A DNA stretch of 64,000 nucleotides from Bacteroidota bacterium. Its GTDB lineage: Bacteria; Bacteroidota; Bacteroidia; Flavobacteriales; Flavobacteriaceae. The position numbers and the translations under genes are program-made. Shown here piece after piece: positions 47,501-55,630 of the stretch (position 1 is the stretch's first letter; each line of letters starts with the position of its first letter). The stretch spans positions 10,449 through 74,448 of the forward strand of contig JAQCDS010000003.1 in the NCBI GenBank assembly GCA_027620655.1. The letters are read 5' to 3'. Below the pieces are notes generated by a model, which ran no database searches, had not been told where the DNA came from, and saw only the letters and a list, made by a program, of their open reading frames with translations.

Positions 47501-48178
47501 GGTGATAGTAGTGGCTATATTTCAAATCCAAATAATTCATCGGCAATCAAAATAATGCCTTTGGGTGCTTCAAGAGTTGAGGGGGAAAGACCAAATTATG
47601 AAAGCTATCGTTATTATCTATGGAAAAAACTAAAAGAAAATAATTTTGTTTTTGATTTTATAGGTACACAGTCAGATGAAGCTGCTTATCCATCTTTCAA
47701 CGGCGAGGATTTTGACTCTGATCACGAAGGTAGAGGGGGATGGGCTTCGGGCGATATTGTAGACGGACTTAATGACTGGCTTGAACAGTTAGAAACTCCG
47801 GATGTTGTTTTGATAAGCTCTCCAGGGGGCAATGATGGTTTGGAGAATTTACCTTTTCCTCAGGCTGTTTCAAACATAAATTTAATTGTTGATATTTTAC
47901 AAGAAAACAACGCAAGTGTTACAATTATCATTGAACAGATGGCTCCAGCTCGTTCAGATATAATGACCGTTGAGCTCACTAACTTTTTTCATCAAATGCA
48001 ACAGGAGGTTTTAAATATTTCAAGCAATAAATCAACTACTTTATCAAATGTAATCCCAATAGATATGTATACAGGATTTAATGATAATTTTCTCGCAGAT
48101 GATGTTCATTATAATGTTGATGGTGCAAAATTTATTGCTGAAAGATATTCAGAACTAATTTTAAATGTACTAAACTAA
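47450..48178 (+). CDS. SGNH/GDSL-family hydrolase lipoprotein
   Basis: Lipobox IFACSS. Block I MPLGASRVEG, block III SPGGNDG, block V DDVHYN (DxxH). Confidence 0.7.
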   Translation: MKKILLLSALFIFACSSGDSSGYISNPNNSSAIKIMPLGASRVEGERPNYESYRYYLWKKLKENNFVFDFIGTQSDEAAYPSFNGEDFDSDHEGRGGWASGDIVDGLNDWLEQLETPDVVLISSPGGNDGLENLPFPQAVSNINLIVDILQENNASVTIIIEQMAPARSDIMTVELTNFFHQMQQEVLNISSNKSTTLSNVIPIDMYTGFNDNFLADDVHYNVDGAKFIAERYSELILNVLN

Positions 48179-48181
48179 ACT

Positions 48182-48232
48182 ATGAAAAAACTACTCTTAC
48201 TCTCTGCTTTATTCATCTTCGCTTGTAGTAGC
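48182..48232 (+). repeat. Signal-peptide cassette, copy 2
   Basis: atgaaaaaactactcttactctctgctttattcatcttcgcttgtagtagc, 49 of 51 identical to copy 1. Confidence 0.85.
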
Positions 48233-48598
48233 GATGATAGTTCGGAAGACAGTCCATTACCAACTTACACAATTGAGGGTAAATGGATATGGTCCCCAAC
48301 TGAAAATATTTCTGATGCTAATACAATGTATTTATATGAAAATGGGATAAGGTATACTTATTATTGTACTTCTGAAATTTCTAATGATTGTCAATCTTTA
48401 TTTGAAACCTTTCTAGCAAACGATGGAAATCATATACCAACAACCAATCCTTACACATTTGAAAATAATATTCTGACTGTTGATTTACATTTTGGCAATG
48501 AATTAGTAACTCCTATTGCTTTTGAATGTGATGGAGGTAAAGCATATTTTGAAACACCTGAATATAGTTTGTTTAGATTAAATTCCGACTGTAATTAA
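48182..48598 (+). CDS. Small Cys-containing lipoprotein (138 aa)
   Basis: Lipobox IFACSS. Mature part is unrelated to the neighbours. Four Cys in the mature part beyond the lipobox Cys. Confidence 0.6.
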   Translation: MKKLLLLSALFIFACSSDDSSEDSPLPTYTIEGKWIWSPTENISDANTMYLYENGIRYTYYCTSEISNDCQSLFETFLANDGNHIPTTNPYTFENNILTVDLHFGNELVTPIAFECDGGKAYFETPEYSLFRLNSDCN

Positions 48599-48669
48599 AC
48601 CATAAGCATATCCTCTTCTTTTTAGTTCAGCTTTTTCTAAACCTCTTGTGTAGTAAAACATAAATTTCT

Positions 48670-48677
48670 TAAATTTG
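48670..48677 (+). promoter_or_regulatory. Bacteroidetes -7 box for the fourth lipoprotein gene
   Basis: TAAATTTG, 21 nt upstream of the ATG at 48698. Confidence 0.4.
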
Positions 48678-48697
48678 AAGTATAACATAATCTAATT

Positions 48698-48742
48698 ATG
48701 AAAAAACTACTCCTACTCTCTGTCTTTCTTATCTTCGCTTGT
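48698..48742 (+). repeat. Signal-peptide cassette, copy 3 (more diverged)
   Basis: The first 45 nt differ from copy 2 at 6 positions. Confidence 0.7.
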
Positions 48743-49030
48743 AAACAAAGTGAAAAAACCTCAACTGAAGAGCTAGCGTTTAACCCTAATATTGAATTAA
48801 TTAGCGCTCAAGCATCTTGTGGTATTTGTATGCTTAATATGGAGGGAGATAAATGTGAATTAGCTGTGGTCATTAAAGGTGATAAGTATTATGTTTCAGG
48901 GGCAAATATTGATAGTTTTGGAGATGCTCACTCAAAAAATGGATTTTGTAATGCAATAAGGGAGGCAGATATTCAAGGTCGTATAATCAATGATAAATTC
49001 AATTTAACTTATTTTAAATTTAAAAAATAA
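48698..49030 (+). CDS. Small Cys-rich lipoprotein (110 aa)
   Basis: Lipobox IFACKQ. Motifs ASCGICMLNMEGDKCELAV and GDAHSKNGFCNAI. Confidence 0.6.
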   Translation: MKKLLLLSVFLIFACKQSEKTSTEELAFNPNIELISAQASCGICMLNMEGDKCELAVVIKGDKYYVSGANIDSFGDAHSKNGFCNAIREADIQGRIINDKFNLTYFKFKK

Positions 49031-49092
49031 AAAAAGTTTTAATCCTCTCTGCTTTTTTCTTCTTTGCTTTTAGTAGCGATGGTGAGATTTAA
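49027..49092 (+). pseudogene. Decayed fifth copy of the lipoprotein signal-peptide cassette (gene remnant)
   Basis: ATA AAA AAA GTT TTA ATC CTC TCT GCT TTT TTC TTC TTT GCT TTT AGT AGC GAT GGT GAG ATT TAA translates as (I)KKVLILSAFFFFAFSSDGEI-stop. Start is ATG->ATA, the lipobox Cys codon is TGT->TTT, and it is truncated after 21 codons. Confidence 0.5.
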
Positions 49093-49262
49093 TTTCCGAA
49101 ACGACTAAAGTTGCCCATTCCGTCGCTATCAATATTATCTACTTCTTGGTTATAATTATTTTCTTTCCTTTGTTTTTTTGTACCATAGAATATGTTCCAA
49201 ACTAAAAAATAAACATAAACAACAAAAATTATAAACCCTATAATAAAAATACCTAAGTCCAT
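49089..49262 (-). CDS. Mini membrane protein (57 aa, one TM)
   Basis: MDLGIFIIGFIIFVVYVYFLVWNIFYGTKKQRKENNYNQEVDNIDSDGMGNFSRFGN. Its ATG overlaps the stop of the upstream 56-aa ORF (TAATG). The track shows a longer TTG-initiated version (49089..49316). Confidence 0.45.
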   Translation of the reverse strand: MDLGIFIIGFIIFVVYVYFLVWNIFYGTKKQRKENNYNQEVDNIDSDGMGNFSRFGN

Positions 49263-49432
49263 TATTTTCTTCTTTGTCTTATGGCTATTGCGAATAGTAA
49301 AATTGTCCCAGGCCAATGAGCTGAATATTGCGCCTCCTCAACTTTGCCTAAATACCCTAATGATACCGAGTAAACTAGACATATGAATGCAAGAATAACA
49401 GGATACCATTTATATATAAAATTTTTAACCAT
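49262..49432 (-). CDS. Mini membrane protein (56 aa, two hydrophobic segments), not in the ORF track
   Basis: Own translation from ATG 49432: MVKNFIYKWYPVILAFICLVYSVSLGYLGKVEEAQYSAHWPGTILLFAIAIRQRRK-stop. Confidence 0.4.
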   Translation of the reverse strand: MVKNFIYKWYPVILAFICLVYSVSLGYLGKVEEAQYSAHWPGTILLFAIAIRQRRK

Positions 49433-49625
49433 AATTTATTATTTTTAAATATTATACAATAATAAAGTTAAAAAATTTATAATTTGTTAAATTATAATTA
49501 AATTATTTGTAGTAATATAAAAATCATGGTGCTCATTTGACATTTTAGCTTTTCTTAAATCACGTTGGTGTAATCTTATTGTTCATTAAATATTTTATTA
49601 GTTTTAATTTGCAAGTAAATTTCTG

Positions 49626-49633
49626 TATATTTG
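49626..49633 (+). promoter_or_regulatory. Bacteroidetes -7 box for the 126-aa gene
   Basis: TATATTTG, 28 nt upstream of the ATG at 49661. Confidence 0.4.
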
Positions 49634-49660
49634 GAATGAACCATAATTAAACTATATATT

Positions 49661-50041
49661 ATGAAAATTAAAACAGGTTGTGTGGGGTTTCATGTGGCGT
49701 TTAAAGTGCCAAATAATGACACCGAAAGAATGGAAACCTTTCTAAACACACATGAATCATTCATGCGTGAAACGCATCATATCGATGGGGATGTAGAGCC
49801 TATTATTCTATGTTATGCCGTAATGAAAAGTCCAGAGTTCAACAATCCACTAGACCCAACTAGTGGAGAAACAGGCCATACGTTATATGGAATTACAGAA
49901 ATATATAATGGCCCAGAGGGCGCTCAAGCGCATATGCAACTAGGACAACAAAGAGCAGAAATGTTTACGGAGCTTATAAACTTGACTGGGCAATATTGTG
50001 TCAGTGGAATATTAGGAGCGCCTGTTGTTCGATCTATGTAA
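49661..50041 (+). CDS. Hypothetical 126-aa soluble protein (possibly a dimeric alpha/beta-barrel-like fold)
   Basis: Clean ORF with its own promoter box and terminator. No family recognised. Confidence 0.5.
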   Translation: MKIKTGCVGFHVAFKVPNNDTERMETFLNTHESFMRETHHIDGDVEPIILCYAVMKSPEFNNPLDPTSGETGHTLYGITEIYNGPEGAQAHMQLGQQRAEMFTELINLTGQYCVSGILGAPVVRSM

Positions 50042-50084
50042 AAAAATTAAAAATCAATTTTACATCATAAAAAAATATAAGGCA

Positions 50085-50116
50085 TAAAAAAACCCACTCA
50101 TTTGAGTGGGTTTTTT
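50085..50116. terminator. Bidirectional rho-independent terminator
   Basis: A7 run, 9-bp stem acccactca/tgagtgggt (50092-50100 / 50103-50111), then T6. Lies between convergent genes. Confidence 0.8.
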
Positions 50117-50136
50117 AATTGTTTTTGGAAAACGTA

Positions 50137-50331
50137 TTATGCTTTCTTCACAAATGGAAGACCTGTTTTTTCATTTTCAACAATCTTTTTCCCAGCAGGA
50201 AGATCACACGAGTTTGAACGCTCATCTTTTGCGAAATAATAAATTGTTTGGTTTCTTCCACCTTTCAAGACAACGTCTTTAGTGTGTAAATAATACGTTT
50301 TTCCTTTGCTATTTTTAAATGAATATCCCAT
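50137..50331 (-). CDS. Small conserved-looking hypothetical protein (64 aa)
   Basis: MGYSFKNSKGKTYYLHTKDVVLKGGRNQTIYYFAKD... Basic and soluble. No function known to me. Confidence 0.5.
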   Translation of the reverse strand: MGYSFKNSKGKTYYLHTKDVVLKGGRNQTIYYFAKDERSNSCDLPAGKKIVENEKTGLPFVKKA

Positions 50332-50423
50332 AATATAATTTTATTTTAGCCTAAATTACAAAAATTACTTTGGTAATACCAAAAAAATTATCAGATAAAT
50401 ACCATTTTTCTTAAGAAGTAGAG

Positions 50424-51269
50424 CTAATTGTTAATAAAATCCAATATTTTTGAAAAAATAAGCTCCAAATCTCGTGGCATTTCTGGAATTTCCCACGGAT
50501 GTTTAGCCCCAAAAACATGATCCCCACCCCTAACTTTATAGATGATGCTTGCCTTGCTCCATAATTTTAATTGATTTGCTTCAAAAAAAGGTACAGTAGG
50601 ATCTGCATCTCCATGAACAATAAGATGTGGAATACTAATTTTTGTGGCCGCATTTTCTATACTTAATCGATTTTCATGAGCTATAAAATCTTGATAAAAC
50701 TGATAGTTGTGTGGCATTTTTTGTTTTGTTCGGCCGTTTTCAATAAAATACACCCCTTTTTCCTGCCAGATTTTTAGGGCTTCCCCTTGTGGAAATCTTG
50801 ATTTATAATCACTTACTCCTGCTAGGGTGATTAGTTTTTTTACTCGAGAATCTTCTGATGTTTTAATTGTAACAACTCCTCCACCTCTACTGTGCCCCAT
50901 TAAAATAAGGGTTTCAACATCCAATGCAATGTGATTTTTATAGCTGTTGGAAACCATTTCTATAACAGAATCTAAGTCATCAAGTTCTTTGGAATAGTTG
51001 TTTTCAGCAAAAGCGGCCAAATCTGGAAAATCTACGGGCTGAGTCACAGTTCCTCCATTGTGAGAAAAATTAAACTTTAAAAAAGCAATACCTTGTAAAG
51101 CAAATGCCTCTGCTAATAAATTCCATGCACCCCAATCTTTAAACCCTTTGTAACCGTGACAAAAAATAATTAGAGGGGCTTTTTGTATTGTATCGTTATA
51201 AAATAAATCGTATACAATAGAGCGCTTTTTTACTCTTTTGAGTTCTTTATTTAATGCCTTTACAATCAT
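50424..51269 (-). CDS. Alpha/beta-fold hydrolase
   Basis: Nucleophile elbow GHSRGG, HGYKG oxyanion region, and C-terminal HGDADPTV...GGDHVF (Asp/His). Confidence 0.8.
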   Translation of the reverse strand: MIVKALNKELKRVKKRSIVYDLFYNDTIQKAPLIIFCHGYKGFKDWGAWNLLAEAFALQGIAFLKFNFSHNGGTVTQPVDFPDLAAFAENNYSKELDDLDSVIEMVSNSYKNHIALDVETLILMGHSRGGGVVTIKTSEDSRVKKLITLAGVSDYKSRFPQGEALKIWQEKGVYFIENGRTKQKMPHNYQFYQDFIAHENRLSIENAATKISIPHLIVHGDADPTVPFFEANQLKLWSKASIIYKVRGGDHVFGAKHPWEIPEMPRDLELIFSKILDFINN

Positions 51270-54019
51270 ACTTCTTTTTCTAAAAATGGCAATTCGGGAT
51301 CAAACAATTCGAGAAGTAGGCTTTTCATCTCGTTTTCAAAAGCTTGCAAAACCTCTGATGTGATATATTGTTGCTTAGAAGCTCCCAAACCTGATTTGTT
51401 CTTTTTAGTAAAATTTATAACCCTTGCTTTGAGGTTCTTAAATGAATAAATTCCAGCTACAGTTAGGCCCTCAAATGGTTGCCTTTTGCTTAAAATATAG
51501 GCATACATCAAAACCTGAAAGCTCTTGTTATGCTTCTTGTAGTCCTTTGTGATTTCATCCCATTCAATCAAATTCAAATCTATTTGCGAAACTTTTGAAG
51601 TCTTATAATCAATAATGCGCTGAGTCCCATTGCAAATATCAATACGATCGACATTTCCTTTTAATTTTATTGGAAATTCAAACTTAGGATATTGAAAATC
51701 AAATTTCACCGTCTCTTCAATAGATTGAATTAGGACTTCGTTTCCCTCTTTTATAAACTGAATTTCTTCATCTATAAAACTATGAATATACCGTTTCGCA
51801 ATTTCATAACTAATAAAATTTTTACCCGTCGAAAGATCGCCTTCCTTATAAAGTTTTTTAAAAAAATGATATACTGTGTCTTGAATTTTTGGTTTGAGGG
51901 CCTCAAGTTTAGAAACCTCTAATTTATGACCAACAAAATTGGAGTAAAATTCTTTTAAAGTAAAATGAATCACACTACCAAAAGTACTGGCCTCTATGCT
52001 TTCTTCTAATTCATTGGGTTGTTCTATCCCAAGAATCTTGTAATTATAAAAATCAATAGGATTTCTTATGTATTGCCCAAGCGATGAGGGAGAAAAACCC
52101 TCTACTGCAATAAATTTTAGTTGCTCTATAATTTGTGGCGTTTTTATAACTTCTTGCAGTTTTAAATTTTGTGTAGAAATTTTTGGAACAACAATTTGAT
52201 GTTTGAGGTTGTGAAGCCCTTCAAATTGTAGCTGTGCAATAAATCGACTTGGCTCTCCTCCATTCAATACGTCTGGTTCAGTATTATAAACAAGATGAAT
52301 ATTTCTAGCACGCTGCAATAGGCGGTAAAAATGATACGTATATATTGCGTCTTTTTCTTTATATGTTGGGAGACGGTTTTCTATCTTTACGTCAAAAGGG
52401 ATAAAAGAATTTTGTGTTTTCCCTGCAGGGATAATCCCTTCGTTTACAGAAACTAAAATAACCGTTTCAAAATCTAAAACACGAGATTCCAACATCCCCA
52501 TAATTTGCAATCCTTTGAGTGGCTCTCCTTTAAAGTCTAAAGTTTCTTTATTCAATAATTCTCGATACAAACCATGAAGCGTCTTAATAGAATTTATATA
52601 AGAATAAGTCGCATCTAAATGTTCAATTTGATTGAATAATTCTAGGAATCTTAGTAAATATTCCTTGGGTAAAAACTGTTTCCCTTTTTGAGCTTCATAA
52701 GATTTCTTTAGCTCAAAAATTAAGGCTTTAAATTGTTTTAAAGCATGTTTAGGTTGGTTATTCCAAGGTTCAAAAATAAGCTTAAACATTGACTCTAATT
52801 TAGGGGCAAAACCTATTAATTGATTTAGAGTGACTTGTGTATAGTTCTGATGTTTAATGGTCTTAAAAACATTATTGAGTTCAAGGGTATGATTTAAAAA
52901 AAATGGTGCAATAAAAGGGTGTGATAATAGCCCAATCACATCTTTATGATTATAGGTTCTAAAAGACGAACCCTGAAGTTGAAACCATTGTTCAATAAAA
53001 GAGGCAAATGGAATTTGACGCAGTGGCAAGCCCATTGTAACATTGATGTTCTCAATTTGTTTTGGAATCGAATTTAAAATTGGCAAGAGTAAGGACTCAT
53101 CTGCTAGGACTAAAGCAGTGTTTTCAAGAGCATTTTCTTTGTATAAATAATCTAGAAGCTCTCCAATATATTTAACCTGACTAATATTTTTTGGGGTACC
53201 AGTAATTTGAATTTTTTTATGACTTTGATAATTTTTTGTAGACCAATTAAATTTATGTGTTTTAAAAAACTGCCACTCCTTTTTGTATTGCCGAATAAAA
53301 TGCCCTGCATCATGAATAGGGCTATCTAAAAAAATGTGGTCTATATCCCAATAAATTTGTGCACGCTGTTGTTGTAACAACTCTTGAATAATGATAGATT
53401 CTGAAGAATTAAGGGCATTAAACCCTAAAAATATATGTTCGCCTCGACTCGTATTTTGAATATAATCTTCAAGGTTTTCTACAGCAGCTCTATACATTAA
53501 ACCCTGATAACCCACACCTTTGTCTGTCAATTGTTGGTTGAAGCTGAAATAATACTCTTTTATTTGTTGCCAAAAATATAAGTACCCTTTTATCATTTTG
53601 GTGGGATTGGGGTCCAAAGACCAATGGTTCATTTTTTGAACTTCACTGATATAATCAAATATTTTTGGTGGTGAAACTAAGTATCTGTCAATTTCATTAA
53701 AATCCTGTACTACAATAGTAGCCCATTTTGAAAATTGATCAAACGGTTCTACTTTGTCCTTTGGGGTGAGGCTTTTGTAAACACTATAAAATTCGAAAAG
53801 AAGCTCTATTGAACTTATTTTTCTTAACTGAGATAGCTCTTCAATAAAGGATTCAATAGAACATATTTCTGGTAAAAAACTAGCCTTATCAATATAATTT
53901 GATAATTCTTGCTTCAAAAACAGACCTGCACGTTTGTTTGGAAGTATAAAGGTTAATCTTGATAAATCTTTCTCTTGATTTTTCAGTTCTTTGAGTATGT
54001 CCGAAATGAAGCTTCCCAT
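51266..54019 (-). CDS. PD-(D/E)XK nuclease-family protein, AddB/RexB-like (917 aa)
   Basis: C-terminal RecB-type nuclease motif GNVDRIDICNGTQRIIDYKTSK...QVLMYAYIL. No intact Walker A at the N-terminus. Confidence 0.7.
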   Translation of the reverse strand: MGSFISDILKELKNQEKDLSRLTFILPNKRAGLFLKQELSNYIDKASFLPEICSIESFIEELSQLRKISSIELLFEFYSVYKSLTPKDKVEPFDQFSKWATIVVQDFNEIDRYLVSPPKIFDYISEVQKMNHWSLDPNPTKMIKGYLYFWQQIKEYYFSFNQQLTDKGVGYQGLMYRAAVENLEDYIQNTSRGEHIFLGFNALNSSESIIIQELLQQQRAQIYWDIDHIFLDSPIHDAGHFIRQYKKEWQFFKTHKFNWSTKNYQSHKKIQITGTPKNISQVKYIGELLDYLYKENALENTALVLADESLLLPILNSIPKQIENINVTMGLPLRQIPFASFIEQWFQLQGSSFRTYNHKDVIGLLSHPFIAPFFLNHTLELNNVFKTIKHQNYTQVTLNQLIGFAPKLESMFKLIFEPWNNQPKHALKQFKALIFELKKSYEAQKGKQFLPKEYLLRFLELFNQIEHLDATYSYINSIKTLHGLYRELLNKETLDFKGEPLKGLQIMGMLESRVLDFETVILVSVNEGIIPAGKTQNSFIPFDVKIENRLPTYKEKDAIYTYHFYRLLQRARNIHLVYNTEPDVLNGGEPSRFIAQLQFEGLHNLKHQIVVPKISTQNLKLQEVIKTPQIIEQLKFIAVEGFSPSSLGQYIRNPIDFYNYKILGIEQPNELEESIEASTFGSVIHFTLKEFYSNFVGHKLEVSKLEALKPKIQDTVYHFFKKLYKEGDLSTGKNFISYEIAKRYIHSFIDEEIQFIKEGNEVLIQSIEETVKFDFQYPKFEFPIKLKGNVDRIDICNGTQRIIDYKTSKVSQIDLNLIEWDEITKDYKKHNKSFQVLMYAYILSKRQPFEGLTVAGIYSFKNLKARVINFTKKNKSGLGASKQQYITSEVLQAFENEMKSLLLELFDPELPFLEKEV

Positions 54020-54028
54020 ACCCTAAAA

Positions 54029-54062
54029 ATAAAAAACGCCTCGCAAAAGCGAAGCGTTTTTA
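54029..54062 (-). terminator. Rho-independent terminator of the OmpA-family gene
   Basis: Stem acgcctcgc/gcgaagcgt (54036-54044 / 54049-54057, one mismatch), loop aaaa, with T-rich tail on the minus strand. Confidence 0.65.
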
Positions 54063-54086
54063 AATTTATTTTTGAGATTTAGAAAA

Positions 54087-55511
54087 TTAATTCGCCAATT
54101 TTACCTCAACACGTCTGTTCGTTGCGCGTCCAGCTTTTGTGTTATTTGAAGCAATTGGTGCTGTTTCACCATATCCAACTGATGTCAATCTTGAAGCGTC
54201 AACACCGTTAGTAGTTAAATAAGACACAACTTTTGCAGCTCTCGCCTCAGAAAGTTTCTGATTAAATTTCTCTGATGCTGTACTATCTGTATGTCCTTCC
54301 ACAACAAAATTTGCTTTTGGATATTCTTTAAGAATCGCCACGATTGCTTGAAGTGTTTCGTTTGCAGCTTCCTTAATATTTGATTTCCCTGTATCAAAGT
54401 TGATTGTTCTTGCATAGCTAGTCAACTGAGCTTGCACTTCTTCATTTGGCGCCTCAGGGCAACCATTGTTTGCAACTGTACCAGCTTCATTTGGACATTC
54501 ATCGTCTTTGTCTAAAACTGAATCGCCGTCAGTGTCAGGCCAAGGACATCCACCATTTGCTACATCTCCTGCAACAGCTGGACATTTATCTTCAGCATCT
54601 GCAACACCATCGTTGTCTGCATCTGGACATCCGTTTAAGGCAGCAACGCCTGCAACGTCTGGACAATTGTCTTTATTGTCAGAAATGCCATCGCCATCTG
54701 TATCTGGACAACCATTGAATTCTGCTAAACCAGCAACGTCTGGACATGCATCTTCTGAATCTTGTATACCATCACCATCAGTATCTGGGCAACCGTTAAA
54801 TTCTTCTAACCCTGGCACTTCTGGACATGCATCTTTTTTGTCATAGATACCATCACCATCTGTATCTGTTCCTCCAAAATTCAAAGCAAGACCTAAAGAG
54901 TGTTGAAAATGTGTTGTCCCATAATCTAAGAAAGTATGCTTATAGCTTGACTGATATGTTAAGCCAAGGTTGTCAGAAAACCAATAAGAAAGTCCTAAAG
55001 TTCCATTTATTGTTGCAAAACCAATATTAGCGTCTGCATCTCCTCCAGAATTATTATTATATGGACCTTCTTGAAGCCAAGAATAACCTCCACCTAAACC
55101 AACAAAAGGTTCAATTTTGTCCAATCCTAAAACCTCTGACAAACTATATTTTACAATTCCATCAAGAGCATAATAATTTAATTCGCTAACCTTTACAGTT
55201 TCATTAGTTGCATAATTAGATCCCCATTTTTCAATTATATTAAAAGAACCTGTAATGCCAAATGAGAAGTTGTCATCTAAGTATTTGCTAAAACCAAATG
55301 AAGTTATTGATGGATAAATATTCCAGTGGCCCGTTGCATTGAAGAATTCATCAAAAATTTCTCCTTGAGGAGAAGGCTCTCCAACAGGATAAACATCAAC
55401 TGCATTTATTCCTATAGAAATTTGCCATGGGTTGTCTTCGGTTTGTGCATTTACATTTGCTACAAAAGTTATTAGCATAAAAGTAAAAGCTAAACTTTTA
55501 AAATTTTTCAT
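54087..55511 (-). CDS. OmpA-family outer membrane protein with thrombospondin type-3 repeats
   Basis: Signal peptide, N-terminal beta-barrel region, five TSP3-like repeats, and C-terminal OmpA peptidoglycan-binding domain ([20 protein letters not shown]...NRRVEV). Confidence 0.9.
   Translation of the reverse strand: MKNFKSLAFTFMLITFVANVNAQTEDNPWQISIGINAVDVYPVGEPSPQGEIFDEFFNATGHWNIYPSITSFGFSKYLDDNFSFGITGSFNIIEKWGSNYATNETVKVSELNYYALDGIVKYSLSEVLGLDKIEPFVGLGGGYSWLQEGPYNNNSGGDADANIGFATINGTLGLSYWFSDNLGLTYQSSYKHTFLDYGTTHFQHSLGLALNFGGTDTDGDGIYDKKDACPEVPGLEEFNGCPDTDGDGIQDSEDACPDVAGLAEFNGCPDTDGDGISDNKDNCPDVAGVAALNGCPDADNDGVADAEDKCPAVAGDVANGGCPWPDTDGDSVLDKDDECPNEAGTVANNGCPEAPNEEVQAQLTSYARTINFDTGKSNIKEAANETLQAIVAILKEYPKANFVVEGHTDSTASEKFNQKLSEARAAKVVSYLTTNGVDASRLTSVGYGETAPIASNNTKAGRATNRRVEVKLAN
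54456..54872 (-). repeat. Tandem coding repeats (TSP3-like Ca-binding motif DTDGDGIxDxxDxCPxVAGxxxxNGCP, five copies)
   Basis: aa 214-352 of the OmpA protein. This periodicity also creates the long spurious plus-strand ORFs in the track. Confidence 0.85.
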
Positions 55512-55547
55512 AATTTATTTAATTTTTTTTATAAGTTAAATTCTGTG

Positions 55548-55555
55548 CAAAAGTA
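55548..55555 (-). promoter_or_regulatory. Bacteroidetes -7 box for the OmpA-family gene
   Basis: Minus strand TACTTTTG, 37 nt upstream of the ATG at 55511. Confidence 0.45.
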
Positions 55556-55630
55556 ACATGATAAATTCACTAAACAAATATAATACTAATAAATTATGCT
55601 TTTTGAATAAAAAAACTAATAACCAGTAAG

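Noticed and set aside
49089-49316. Track version (TTG start, 75 aa) of the small minus-strand ORF
   Set aside because: The extension overlaps a better 56-aa ORF in another frame that ends in a TAATG coupling with the internal ATG at 49262. I report the two-ORF model, with low confidence.
45910-50423. Calling the tRNA-adjacent region a mobile element or integrative island
   Set aside because: I found no integrase, recombinase, transposase or conjugation gene, and no direct repeat of the tRNA 3' end. It is reported only as a variable or accessory region.
54446-54846. Plus-strand ORFs of 90 and 126 aa rich in His/Leu/Ser/Pro
   Set aside because: They are antisense shadows of the TSP3 repeat region of the OmpA gene. 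The periodic GAT/GGT codons on the coding strand keep the opposite frames open.
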